This document shows, piece by piece, positions 9,238 through 19,234 of a stretch of DNA of 20,896 bases. The first letter of the stretch is position 1, and each line of letters begins with the position of its first letter. The notes under the pieces are model-generated. The model had not been told where the DNA came from, did no database searches, and saw only the letters and a list, made by a program, of their open reading frames with translations. Source of the stretch: an uncultured Deinococcales bacterium (GTDB lineage: Bacteria > Deinococcota > Deinococci > Deinococcales > JAAFIG01); the NCBI GenBank assembly GCA_964244895.1, contig CAXTKV010000081.1, forward strand, positions 1 through 20,896. Reading direction: 5' to 3'. Made by a program: the position numbers and the translations under genes.

Positions 9238-11211
9238 ATGAACCCACGACCTCGCATTCCAGGCAGCCTCGCTCGAGCAGCTTGCGCCGCCATCGCGCTC
9301 ATCGCTGTCGGCCTCGCGCCAACCCAGGCGCAATCGCTCTCACCGGACACGATTGACCGGATCATGAAATCCTCGGCGCTGATCTACATCCTGGATGCCA
9401 ACGATCAAGTGCAGGGCAACGGTTCCGGCACGCTGATCAGCGCCTCAGGTTACGTGCTGACCAACTTCCACGTCGTCGGAGACCTCAAGACGCGCAAGTA
9501 CTACGCGGGATTGGCCGTCGGTTTCGTCGAATTTCAGGACGCCGAACCCGAAGCCAAATACCGCGCGGATGTCGTCGTGGCCGACCCCAACCTTGACCTA
9601 GCGATCATCAAACTGACGCGCGACATCAAGAAAAAACCCTTGCCCGCCAACACCTATTTCGGCGAACCCGTCCAGATCGGTGATTCCGGCAGGTTGCGGA
9701 TCGGCGAACCCGTGTACCTCTTCGGGTTTCCCGGCGTTGGCGGCTACACCATCACCTTCTCGACCGGGATCGTCGGCGGTTTCGTGGCGCAGGACGGGCA
9801 ATCCAGCGGACGCGACTGGATCAAGCACAGCGCCAACTCCGGCCCCGGCAACTCCGGTGGCGGCCTCTTCAACGCCCAGGGCCAACTGGTCGGTGTTCAC
9901 ACGCGCGGCGTGGCCGACAGCGATTCCGCCGCCCGCCAGCCGCTGGCGCGACCCGTGGCGCTCGGGCTCGGACTGATGGTCTCGAACGTGCCAGATTTGA
10001 AGATCGGCGCGGTTCAGGATCGCGTCACCCCGCCCAGCCCGACCCCGCCCAGCCCAACCCCACCCAGCCCAACCCCGCCCAGCCCGACGCCGGGTCAGAC
10101 CCAAACCGTGCAGCTCTCGTGGCCTCCGCAGCGCGTGATCAACCGTGGGCAAGCCTGGACGGTCTCGATCAGCGGCGCTCAGACCTTCAAGGGCGTCATC
10201 ACCGACAAGGATTCCGACGGCGACTGGACGGGCACGGGGGGCAGCAATCAGGTGCTCTACACCTTCGCGCAGGACAACGGCGGATTTATCTTTCAAGTGT
10301 TCGACAGCGCCAGTGGCTCATCATACTTCTGCCTTCTGCCCGACCAGAAAAGCATCAAAGGTGGCGTTTTCGCCGGCGAAGCCTACTTCAAGAAAGACAA
10401 GAACACCGACACCCAAGCCATCAACAAAACCTGCACGGTGACGCTCGCGGCGCAGGGAACCAACATGCAGCCTCCAGCCCCGACGGGCAACACCTGGCCT
10501 CCGCCGATCGCGGTCGGACAGACCTGGGCGGTCAGCATCCCCGGCACGGGAACCTGGCGGGTATCACTGACCAACACCGATAAGGACGGCGACCCCACGG
10601 GCTTGGCCACGTCCACCAGCGGAAGCAAAAACCTGACCTCGTTCTTGTATTACGACAAGAAAGACGATCGGGTCTACCTGGACATGACGGACGGCACGGC
10701 GCTGACCTACTGCGCCTTCGAGCAAAAGAACGTCACGAACACCCAGATGATCGGCGCGGCCTACTACCGTGCGAACAAGGACGCCAAAACGGAAACCCTG
10801 AAGTCAAACTGCACGATCACGCTCGGGGCAGCGACCACGGTGAATACCGCGCCGACCGGCAACACCGTGCAACTCGCCTGGCCGCCCCAGAGCGTGATCA
10901 ACACCGGTCAAACCTGGGCTTTCAGCCTCCAGGGCGCACCGAAGTTCAACGGCTCGATCAGCGGCAAGGACAGCGACGGCGACTGGACGGGTGCGGGCGC
11001 GGGCGGTCAGACGCTCTTCACGTTCACGCTCGAGAACGGATCGTTCGTGTTTCAGGTGCTCGAGCGAAGCGGCGGCGCGTCGTGGTTTTGCGTGATCCCG
11101 AGCCAGAGTATTCAGGCTGGAAGTTACGTCGGGCAGGCGCTCTACCAGCAGAACAAGGACGCCCAAACGCAGAATCTCAACCAGTCCTGCTCGATCACGC
11201 TGGCGCGCTGA
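9238..11211 (+). CDS. Secreted trypsin-like (S1, HtrA-like catalytic domain) serine protease with Pro-rich linker and three C-terminal repeats
   Basis: Signal peptide (..PTQA-QS); triad motifs TNFHVV, DLAIIK, GNSGGGL; (PPSPT)4 linker; three WPP...C...C repeats; no PDZ domain recognised. Confidence 0.88.
   Translation: MNPRPRIPGSLARAACAAIALIAVGLAPTQAQSLSPDTIDRIMKSSALIYILDANDQVQGNGSGTLISASGYVLTNFHVVGDLKTRKYYAGLAVGFVEFQDAEPEAKYRADVVVADPNLDLAIIKLTRDIKKKPLPANTYFGEPVQIGDSGRLRIGEPVYLFGFPGVGGYTITFSTGIVGGFVAQDGQSSGRDWIKHSANSGPGNSGGGLFNAQGQLVGVHTRGVADSDSAARQPLARPVALGLGLMVSNVPDLKIGAVQDRVTPPSPTPPSPTPPSPTPPSPTPGQTQTVQLSWPPQRVINRGQAWTVSISGAQTFKGVITDKDSDGDWTGTGGSNQVLYTFAQDNGGFIFQVFDSASGSSYFCLLPDQKSIKGGVFAGEAYFKKDKNTDTQAINKTCTVTLAAQGTNMQPPAPTGNTWPPPIAVGQTWAVSIPGTGTWRVSLTNTDKDGDPTGLATSTSGSKNLTSFLYYDKKDDRVYLDMTDGTALTYCAFEQKNVTNTQMIGAAYYRANKDAKTETLKSNCTITLGAATTVNTAPTGNTVQLAWPPQSVINTGQTWAFSLQGAPKFNGSISGKDSDGDWTGAGAGGQTLFTFTLENGSFVFQVLERSGGASWFCVIPSQSIQAGSYVGQALYQQNKDAQTQNLNQSCSITLAR
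10030..10089 (+). repeat. 15-bp coding tandem repeat x4 encoding PPSPT
   Basis: CCRCCCAGCCCRACS units. Confidence 0.9.
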
Positions 11212-11254
11212 TTCCTCAGGTCGAGCCTGCGCGATTCCTGTATCGCAAAGGGGG

Positions 11255-11308
11255 CTCGAGAACACCGTCCAGGACGTGAGTTCGCGATTGCGTCCTGGAC
11301 GGTGTTTC
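11255..11308. repeat. Palindromic element doublet (25-bp spacing) between convergent genes
   Basis: AACACCGTCCAGGACG (11261-11276) and its exact reverse complement CGTCCTGGACGGTGTT (11291-11306); preceded by CTCGAG; centres 11271 and 11296. Confidence 0.88.
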
Positions 11309-11454
11309 GTATCACGGGCATCAGAACTGAAGCTGAATCTCGAGGCGCCCACCACTCGAGGCTCAACGCGAGCTCGCCTGCGCGGACAGCATCGGTGACC
11401 TCGAGTTCCCACCGCGCCCAGCATCGGGATCGCGACTGATCTCGAGCCTGCGAC

Positions 11455-13449
11455 TCAAAGCACTTCGATGACCGTCTTGAGCGCGAGCGGCAACTCGCTC
11501 GAGCGCGAAGCGAACAGCGTCCAGGAAGGTACGTTCACATCGAATCGCGGCGAGTACCAACCCATCGGCTCCGGATTTTTCTCGGCCCGGTGCGCGGTCA
11601 CGATCAATTTAGAATCGAAACGCACGCGCAACTGACCGCCGGGAAAGCTGGCGCGCCAGCGACCGTGGCCCTCGTCGGTGGCCTCGCAGTCCGGGTGCAG
11701 GTGCAAACGAATCCCGATCAGGTGCGCGCCGGAACCTTCAAGGTGATCGGTGATGGTCAAGCGTTTGCCCCGAAGCTCGAGTTCGCGCCGATGGATGGGT
11801 TTGCCCGGCAACCGGGCGTAGCCGTCGTGGGCGGCCATCAGTGCGCCGCCATCGGATCGGGGTTCCCAACGATCCAGGCTGACGTTGGCCTGCGCGCCCC
11901 AGGCGAACGCGCCCTGCTGCACGGATTGATCCACGGAATCCAGTTCCAGCGTGTTGTGCGCCCGCGTGGATCTGAAGTACGAACGCCAGCGCGGCTGGTT
12001 GTGGCACGCGAAGGTTCCGGGGTCAATCAACACCGGCTGCCCGCCAACCGACATCGTGAACGAGAGCGCGTCCGCGTGCCCGCGCCCGGCGGTCGGTGGG
12101 TGGCCGAGCGGCCCGACGTCCGCCAGCACCAGCACCTCGCTCGGCGCGCCGCGCATGAAGGCCAGCGAGTACACGCCCGCGTCCTGAAAGCCGAAGCTTT
12201 CCGGGATGCGTCCGGTGCTCGGGTTCGGTTCACCGGGGGTTCGAGGCCCGAGCAGCAGCGCGCCGACCAGCGATCCGCGCGGCGCTTCCGCCACCGGCAC
12301 GTCCAGGAAGCGCCGTCCGACGTTGACGATCCAGTCCGATCTGGGTTCCGTGCGCGCCTGGAGCTGTACCGCCATGCCCTCGTCGCCGTCGCCGTAACGC
12401 GGCAGGTTGCCGGACGCGTCGCGCAACCACGCTAACGCTTTCACTTTGAATCCCAACCTGTCCAGGTACGCCCTCGAAAAATCGTCGCCGCACTGCTCGC
12501 CCAGAATCGCGGGCAACAAGAGCGCCTCGGTCGAGAAGACATCGATGGCGAAGCTCATCTCGCGGCTGATGCCGCTCTCGAAGATTTGCAAATCCATCTC
12601 GCGTTCCAGCACGGCTTTCGATTCGCGCTGCCAGTCCGCAGATTCCGCAAAAAAGGGCCAGGTCATCGCGGCGATGTAACGCCCCGAGGCTTCGGCGATC
12701 AGGCGGTGGTCGGCGTTCGAGCCCTGCGACTCGAAATCCGCCAGGAAGCGCTGATGGTGGTACAGGCTTTCCAGAAAGGCCGCAGACACGAACACCCGCG
12801 CCCGATCCGGGTGACCGCGCAACAAATGAAAGACCCAGGCCCACGAGATCAGGCGCAACCCGACCTCGAGCCCGCTCGTCCAGTTGACGCCCCTGGCGGC
12901 GGGATTGTGCTGCACCCAGTGCTCGATGGCGCGCAAGGCTGCCTGCGCGTACTGATCCTTGCCGCTCAGAAACCAGGCCAGCGCCAGCAGGGTCGTGTGC
13001 TGATGCCGATTTTTCTCCCAGGTGTACTTGACGTTGCCGATGCGTTTCGCGTCGCGCTCGTCGATGTCTGGCCCGAAGGCTCGCGCGTCCGCCGTGCGTC
13101 CGCTGCGGTCGTCGCGCTGCCAGTCGACGAACCCCGACGCTGCGGCGTCCGAATCTGCAAACGCGAAAAAGCCCCAGCGACCCGCCAGGATCGCGTCGGC
13201 TTCCTCGAGTACGGCCTCGATTTCGGCGGCCTCAACCGCGACGTACAGGCTTTCGCGTTCGAGCGGCAACCCAAAAAAGGCTTGCTTGGCGACCCGATGC
13301 ACGTCGGGCAACGTGGGCAAGCTGGCCGGTTTCGGCCCGCCGCGCTTCCAGCGCGCCTTGAGGCGTTGCGCCTGGGCGCGCTTACGGATTTCTTCGGGCG
13401 TCATGGCGCGCAGACGGGCCATTTGCCAGCGCAATTTCTCGAGCGTCAA
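11455..13449 (-). CDS. Heparinase II/III-like polysaccharide lyase family protein, possibly catalytically degenerate
   Basis: KYTWEKNRHQH, GVNWTSGLEVGLRLISW, PRYGDGDEG, GHADALSF, DPGT, YFRSTRAHNT, HDGY, WYSPRF. Start codon uncertain. Confidence 0.85.
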   Translation of the reverse strand: MTLEKLRWQMARLRAMTPEEIRKRAQAQRLKARWKRGGPKPASLPTLPDVHRVAKQAFFGLPLERESLYVAVEAAEIEAVLEEADAILAGRWGFFAFADSDAAASGFVDWQRDDRSGRTADARAFGPDIDERDAKRIGNVKYTWEKNRHQHTTLLALAWFLSGKDQYAQAALRAIEHWVQHNPAARGVNWTSGLEVGLRLISWAWVFHLLRGHPDRARVFVSAAFLESLYHHQRFLADFESQGSNADHRLIAEASGRYIAAMTWPFFAESADWQRESKAVLEREMDLQIFESGISREMSFAIDVFSTEALLLPAILGEQCGDDFSRAYLDRLGFKVKALAWLRDASGNLPRYGDGDEGMAVQLQARTEPRSDWIVNVGRRFLDVPVAEAPRGSLVGALLLGPRTPGEPNPSTGRIPESFGFQDAGVYSLAFMRGAPSEVLVLADVGPLGHPPTAGRGHADALSFTMSVGGQPVLIDPGTFACHNQPRWRSYFRSTRAHNTLELDSVDQSVQQGAFAWGAQANVSLDRWEPRSDGGALMAAHDGYARLPGKPIHRRELELRGKRLTITDHLEGSGAHLIGIRLHLHPDCEATDEGHGRWRASFPGGQLRVRFDSKLIVTAHRAEKNPEPMGWYSPRFDVNVPSWTLFASRSSELPLALKTVIEVL

Positions 13450-13558
13450 GTCCGTCTCCCGGTCGCGTGTCGTACTTACCAGATCAATCTGTCATTTTTT
13501 CGCGTCTCAGACGCCGTAAAACCGGCATGTGCCAGATTCGAGGCTACGAATGTACCGC

Positions 13559-13615
13559 GAGAACACCGTTCACGGCGCGATACTGTTTAGATACACCGTC
13601 TGGGACGGTGTTTTC
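13559..13615. repeat. Palindromic element doublet (30-bp spacing, the outlier)
   Basis: GAGAACACCGTTC-A ... ACACCGTCT-G-GGACGGTGTTTTC; centres 13572 and 13602. Confidence 0.75.
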
Positions 13616-13622
13616 TCCAGCC

Positions 13623-14735
13623 TCAGGCCTTGACCTGCGTGGCCCGCCCCTCGTCCTCGCCCGCATAGAGTTCCAGGAAGCGCCGAGCCGCCCGGTCGAG
13701 TTCGTGATCGCGCTCCGCCAGAGCGCGGTCGTTGCGCGCCATGACCGCGTAGGACGCCTCGGTTGCCAGGATGCTCTGAATGGCCGCCGCAATTTTCTCC
13801 GGTGCTTTCGGCGGCACGTGCGCGGCGTGAACCCCGTCCTGCACCATCGAACAGACCGGTTCAATGTTGGACACCACGCTCGGGATGCCCCACGCGAGGG
13901 CCTCGATCAACGAGATCGGCTGGCCTTCCATGTAGTACGTCGGCAACAAGAAAATCGCGGCCTCGCGGAAAAGCCTGTCTTTTTGATCGCCCGCCACGCG
14001 ACCGTGAAACACCACCTGAGATTCCAGAGCCTCTTCGTTGACGAGGCGTTTCGCCTCACTCATGGCTGGCCCCTCGCCCGCCACGTCGAGCGGCAGGATG
14101 ACTCCCTGACGCTTCAGGATGCCCAGCGCGCGGATCGAATCCAGCAAGCCTTTTTCGACCACGATCCTCGAGAGGTACAGCAAGCGCGGCTTCTCGTAGC
14201 GCGCCGCAATGGTTTCGTCTGGTTCGTACTGCGGCAGGTCGATCGCGTTCGAGATCAGGTGCAGTTTGCCCCGCATTTGCGGAAAGAGCTTCAGCAGGCC
14301 CTGCCTCATGCCCTCGTTGATGACCACGCCCGCGTCCGCGCCCGAGAGTGTCCGCAGCGCCGCCCGAGACAAACCATCCGGCAGGTTCTCCGGCAGCCCG
14401 CCGTGGTATTCGACCACCACCCGAGAACCCTTCAGTTTCGCCATCAGGTACACGAACGCATCGCGCACCATGGCTTTTTGCGTGAACGAGGTGTTGATGT
14501 GCAAAACCGTGTTGGCGTTGGGCAATTTCAGAATCTCCGGCAGGCTCGAAAGGAGCCCTTTGACGCCGTGCGCGGTTTCGGTGGCATCGTTCGTATCGCC
14601 GCGCCCCGTGCCGACCCACATGCGCTGCACGGCCCAGCCCAGGCGCGTGTAAGCGCGTTCCATGTTGTCGCAGAAGGCCAGCACCCCACCGCCCGCCGAA
14701 CGCGGCGGCCCCGTCAGGATCACCGTGCGTTTCAC
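13623..14735 (-). CDS. GT4-family glycosyltransferase
   Basis: GGGV near the N-terminus, YHGG, LSRIVVEKG, EGQPISLIEALAWGIP (EX7E). GTG at 14735 has a GAGG RBS and is preferred over the longer ORF. Confidence 0.88.
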   Translation of the reverse strand: MKRTVILTGPPRSAGGGVLAFCDNMERAYTRLGWAVQRMWVGTGRGDTNDATETAHGVKGLLSSLPEILKLPNANTVLHINTSFTQKAMVRDAFVYLMAKLKGSRVVVEYHGGLPENLPDGLSRAALRTLSGADAGVVINEGMRQGLLKLFPQMRGKLHLISNAIDLPQYEPDETIAARYEKPRLLYLSRIVVEKGLLDSIRALGILKRQGVILPLDVAGEGPAMSEAKRLVNEEALESQVVFHGRVAGDQKDRLFREAAIFLLPTYYMEGQPISLIEALAWGIPSVVSNIEPVCSMVQDGVHAAHVPPKAPEKIAAAIQSILATEASYAVMARNDRALAERDHELDRAARRFLELYAGEDEGRATQVKA

Positions 14736-14933
14736 AGCCTCGCCTCGAGATTCAAATTCTGGTGTCTGGCGCGTCTTTCCATGCGAGAAAGTGTATACGC
14801 GCGTCCTCAAGATCAGATGTAATTCATGAAAGCTGCGTAAGACACCCTCTGGAACAGGTTTCTCGAGATGCGGGCTCGACATGGTCGGAGGCTCGAGCGC
14901 GCTGAACCTGCGAGGGCTTTCAGCGCCCTAAGC

Positions 14934-14983
14934 GAGCACCGTCCCACACACGAGTTCGGGGAGGCCTCCTGGACGGTGTTCTC
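14934..14983. repeat. Palindromic element doublet (25-bp spacing)
   Basis: GAGCACCGTCC-C ... TCC-T-GGACGGTGTTCTC; centres 14945 and 14970. A more degenerate single copy lies at ~14838-14867. Confidence 0.8.
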
Positions 14984-14993
14984 AGCGATGGAG

Positions 14994-15863
14994 CTACAGC
15001 CCAGGCATTCGCAAATCCCTGGCCGTGCCGAGATGCGCCCAGAGCAATTCCTCCGGCTGCCGCTTCAGGCCGGAATGCACCCATTGAAGCTCGAGCGTCC
15101 CCGCCCAGAACCTCGCCCGCTCGAGATGCGCCTCCAGCGCCGGGTACGCTTCTATGACGCGCTTCGCGCCGGTCTCACCGTAGCTGCTCAGCACGCACGC
15201 CAGATCCACGGCGGGATCACCGACGCCCGCGATGCCGAAGTCGATTTTGGCGCTCAGATCGAGGCTGTGTGGATCGTAGAGGACGTGATAAACGCTGATA
15301 TCACCGTCGATCAGCGTCGGCGCGTGCTCGAACGAGAGCCGGTTCTCGAGGACGGGTTTGAACAGCGCCCGCACCCAGTCGCGCTGAACGCGCAACAGTT
15401 TTGGAACCAGCTCCTCTTCCAGCTCGTCGTAGAACCGCAACCAGTCCTCGCGCGTGCGGCTCGCCGCGCTCGGCGCGATGCCGTGATCGGTGATCGGCGT
15501 CCCGTGCAACTGAGCCATGAATTCGCCCAGTTGATGCATCAGCCTGCTCTGGGTTGCAGGCTCGAAGCGCTGCCACGCCTGGAAACTCAACGCCTCGCCG
15601 CGCAGCAATTGGTACGCGCAGAAATCCGGCTCGAGGTGAGAATAGCGCGGGATCGCCAAGCTGATGCGCGGCTGCAACAGTTCCAGCACGCGCGCCTCGT
15701 TCGCCAGCGACGCGATGCCCCACTCGCCTCGGGCGAAGCGAAACACCCAACCGTCCGCGATCACCACCGCGAACTGCATTCCTTCATCGATCAATTCAGG
15801 CGCGTCCAGCGCGACCTTCGGGAAGCTCGAGCGGATGCGCTCGAAATACGCGTTCAAATTCAT
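14994..15863 (-). CDS. APH-family (aminoglycoside/macrolide phosphotransferase-like) kinase
   Basis: WVFRFAR, EARVL, FMAQLH, LIDGDISVYHVL (Brenner-like motif), IDFG, GDPAVDLA. Substrate unknown. Confidence 0.85.
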   Translation of the reverse strand: MNLNAYFERIRSSFPKVALDAPELIDEGMQFAVVIADGWVFRFARGEWGIASLANEARVLELLQPRISLAIPRYSHLEPDFCAYQLLRGEALSFQAWQRFEPATQSRLMHQLGEFMAQLHGTPITDHGIAPSAASRTREDWLRFYDELEEELVPKLLRVQRDWVRALFKPVLENRLSFEHAPTLIDGDISVYHVLYDPHSLDLSAKIDFGIAGVGDPAVDLACVLSSYGETGAKRVIEAYPALEAHLERARFWAGTLELQWVHSGLKRQPEELLWAHLGTARDLRMPGL

Positions 15864-16024
15864 GATTCACCTCTCGAGAGATACGGAAACGGAACATAGC
15901 GATGCGCTTCGCCAACATCGGTCTCGAGGCTGGTTAGCGGATCATGTCAGGACGCTCCACGGGAATGAACCGAGCCTATACCGCGCGGTTCGCAACGCTC
16001 AAGACTCGAGAGTGTGAAATGAAA

Positions 16025-16074
16025 AGAACACCGTCCTGGACGGTGTTCTCGAGCTTGCGTGTGGAACGGTGTTT
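16025..16074. repeat. Palindromic element doublet (26-bp spacing), containing the perfect consensus copy
   Basis: AGAACACCGTCC-T-GGACGGTGTTCT(CGAG) at 16025-16053; partner GCGTGT-G-GAACGGTGTTT; centres 16037 and 16063. Confidence 0.9.
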
Positions 16075-16104
16075 GCACATAAGATGTTGGTTGAGGAAAT
16101 CACT

Positions 16105-16947
16105 ATGAGCAAGCAGGACGTAATCGCGTACTACGCTCAATTTGGAGCCCGCGAATGGGATCGATTGATGTGGCCGGAAGGCCAGCTCGAGTTTGCCATT
16201 ACGCAAGATGCGTTCGACCGATATCTGCCCGAGAATGCACGGATTCTCGATATTGGCGGTGGCGTTGGACGTTGGACGGTCTGGCTGGCTAGCAACGGCC
16301 ATAAGGTTACGCTGGCCGATCTGTCCCCCAACTTGCTCGAGATTGCTCGACAAAAAATTGATGAATATGGCGTTAAAAACAACATTGAAAAGGTCGTTCA
16401 CGCCGATGCCTGCGATCTGAGCCTCTGGGCAAACGATAGCTTCGATGCTGTTCTTTGTCTTGGGCCGTTGTACCACCTGACCGAACCAGATTTGAGGGCA
16501 ATGACCGCTCGAGAACTTTACCGGGTTTTGAAACCTGGTGGCCTGGTGTTTGCTGCATTCATGCCCGTGTACGGGTTTTTACGACGTGTATTGACGCGGA
16601 AAGATGAACGACATTATCTCGGCGACGAAGATTTTATGAACCGTTTGATTAACAAGGGGGTTTTCGTGAACGATATTCCAGGACGTTTCAGCAGCGGGTA
16701 CGGAATCAAACCAGATCGAGTCGCACCGTTTATGCGGCAGTACGGATTTGCACAAGTAGAACTGCTGTCAGATTCAGGTTTTGCAGGGTCGCACGCACAG
16801 CAGATCGCAGAACTTGCAACCGAGAACCCGGAAGCGCATCGTCGTCTGATGCAAGTCGTGATTGAGAGTGCGAGTGATCCAAGCAACCTCGGCTCGAGCG
16901 TCCACATGCTCTACATCGGTCGAAAGGCAGAATTGGATAAGCCGTAA
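16105..16947 (+). CDS. Class I SAM-dependent methyltransferase (low GC)
   Basis: ILDIGGGVGR, ADLSPNLL, DACDLS, SFDAVLCLGPLYHL, RVLKPGG. ATG 16105 follows a GAGGA RBS. Confidence 0.9.
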   Translation: MSKQDVIAYYAQFGAREWDRLMWPEGQLEFAITQDAFDRYLPENARILDIGGGVGRWTVWLASNGHKVTLADLSPNLLEIARQKIDEYGVKNNIEKVVHADACDLSLWANDSFDAVLCLGPLYHLTEPDLRAMTARELYRVLKPGGLVFAAFMPVYGFLRRVLTRKDERHYLGDEDFMNRLINKGVFVNDIPGRFSSGYGIKPDRVAPFMRQYGFAQVELLSDSGFAGSHAQQIAELATENPEAHRRLMQVVIESASDPSNLGSSVHMLYIGRKAELDKP

Positions 16948-17011
16948 GTTGCGCGGTTGCTCGAGGTTAAATCACTCGAGCAACCGCTCATTGAGAAATC
17001 CTGTCCACACG

Positions 17012-17060
17012 GAACATCGTCCAGCGCACATTCCAGAAAAGCTGTCCCGGACGGTGTTCT
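17012..17060. repeat. Palindromic element doublet (25-bp spacing) abutting the fcl stop codon
   Basis: GAACATCGTCC-A ... TGTCC-C-GGACGGTGTTCT; centres 17023 and 17048. Confidence 0.8.
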
Positions 17061-18031
17061 TAACCGCGAACCAGGTGCTTTTCCGACTGTTCCACGAACC
17101 ACGCGTATGTCTGGCGCAACCCATCCTCGAGCGATATTTTTGGAGCCCAACCCAACTCGCGTAACCTCGAGATATCCAGGAGCTTTCGCGGCGTGCCGTC
17201 GGGTTTGGTGGCGTCGAATTCGAGTTTGCCGGTGAAACCCACCACGTCCGCGATCGTGTGCGCCAGTTCCAGGATCGTCACGTCCTCGCCCACGCCGACG
17301 TTGATCGGGGCGGGATCGTCGTAGCGCGCCATCAAGAAAATGCTGGCGGCAGCCAGGTCTGAAACGTGCAGGAATTCGCGGCGCGGCGATCCCGAACCCC
17401 AGACGATCACGCTCGGCTGGCCCTGTTCTTTGGCCTCGTGCATTTTGCGCATCAATGCGGGCAAAACGTGGCTGTTCTTCAGATCGAAATTGTCGCCCGG
17501 TCCATAGAGATTGGTCGGCATGGCGGAAATGAAGCTCGAACCGTGCTGGCGTCGGTTGGCCTGCACCTGGTAGATGCCCGCGATCTTGGCGATGGCGTAG
17601 GCGTCGTTGGTCGGTTCCAGGATGCCGGTCAGCAGGGAATCCTCGCGGATGGGTTGATCCGCAAATTTCGGGTAGATGCAACTGGAACCCAGGAACAGCA
17701 AGCGCTTCACGCCGTGGCGCTGCGCGGCATCGATGACGTTGACCTGAATGCGCAGGTTGTCCGTGATGAAATCCGCCGGGTAGGTGTTGTTGGCCAGGAT
17801 GCCGCCGACCTTGGCGGCGGCCAGAAACACGAATTCCGGCTTTTCTTGCGCAAAGAACGCCTCGACCGCGTTCGCGTCCCGCAAGTCCAGCTCGCTCGAG
17901 GAGCGCCCGATCAGGCTGGCATACCCGCTTGCCTGCAACGCCCTGTAGATCGCGCCGCCGACCAGCCCGCGATGCCCAGCGACGTACACGCGCGAATCCT
18001 TCGCCATCTGTGGAATCTCGAGCTCGCTCAC
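17060..18031 (-). CDS. fcl: GDP-L-fucose synthase
   Basis: [70 protein letters not shown]. Alternative start ATG 18007. Confidence 0.95.
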   Translation of the reverse strand: MSELEIPQMAKDSRVYVAGHRGLVGGAIYRALQASGYASLIGRSSSELDLRDANAVEAFFAQEKPEFVFLAAAKVGGILANNTYPADFITDNLRIQVNVIDAAQRHGVKRLLFLGSSCIYPKFADQPIREDSLLTGILEPTNDAYAIAKIAGIYQVQANRRQHGSSFISAMPTNLYGPGDNFDLKNSHVLPALMRKMHEAKEQGQPSVIVWGSGSPRREFLHVSDLAAASIFLMARYDDPAPINVGVGEDVTILELAHTIADVVGFTGKLEFDATKPDGTPRKLLDISRLRELGWAPKISLEDGLRQTYAWFVEQSEKHLVRG

Positions 18032-18033
18032 GG

Positions 18034-18061
18034 TTGAACCCTGACTTCTGACCCCTGACGG
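18034..18061. repeat. Heptamer array filling the gmd-fcl spacer
   Basis: TTGAACC CTGACTT CTGACCC CTGACGG. Confidence 0.6.
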
Positions 18062-18064
18062 CCC

Positions 18065-19111
<1,047 letters not shown>

Positions 19112-19234
19112 GCTTACCTCGCAGGATTCCCGAGCGCGATGGCTCGAGGTGGGTACTCGAGATGGTCTCGAGGAAACGGCTCATGATAGGCCAGAAGGTG
19201 AGGGGATCGGGGTCGCTCGAGGCATTCAGATTGG

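Noticed and set aside
14934..17060. Repeats as integron attC sites
   Set aside because: No RYYYAAC/GTTRRRY cores, flanked genes point in both directions and include core operon genes, and no integrase is in the window.
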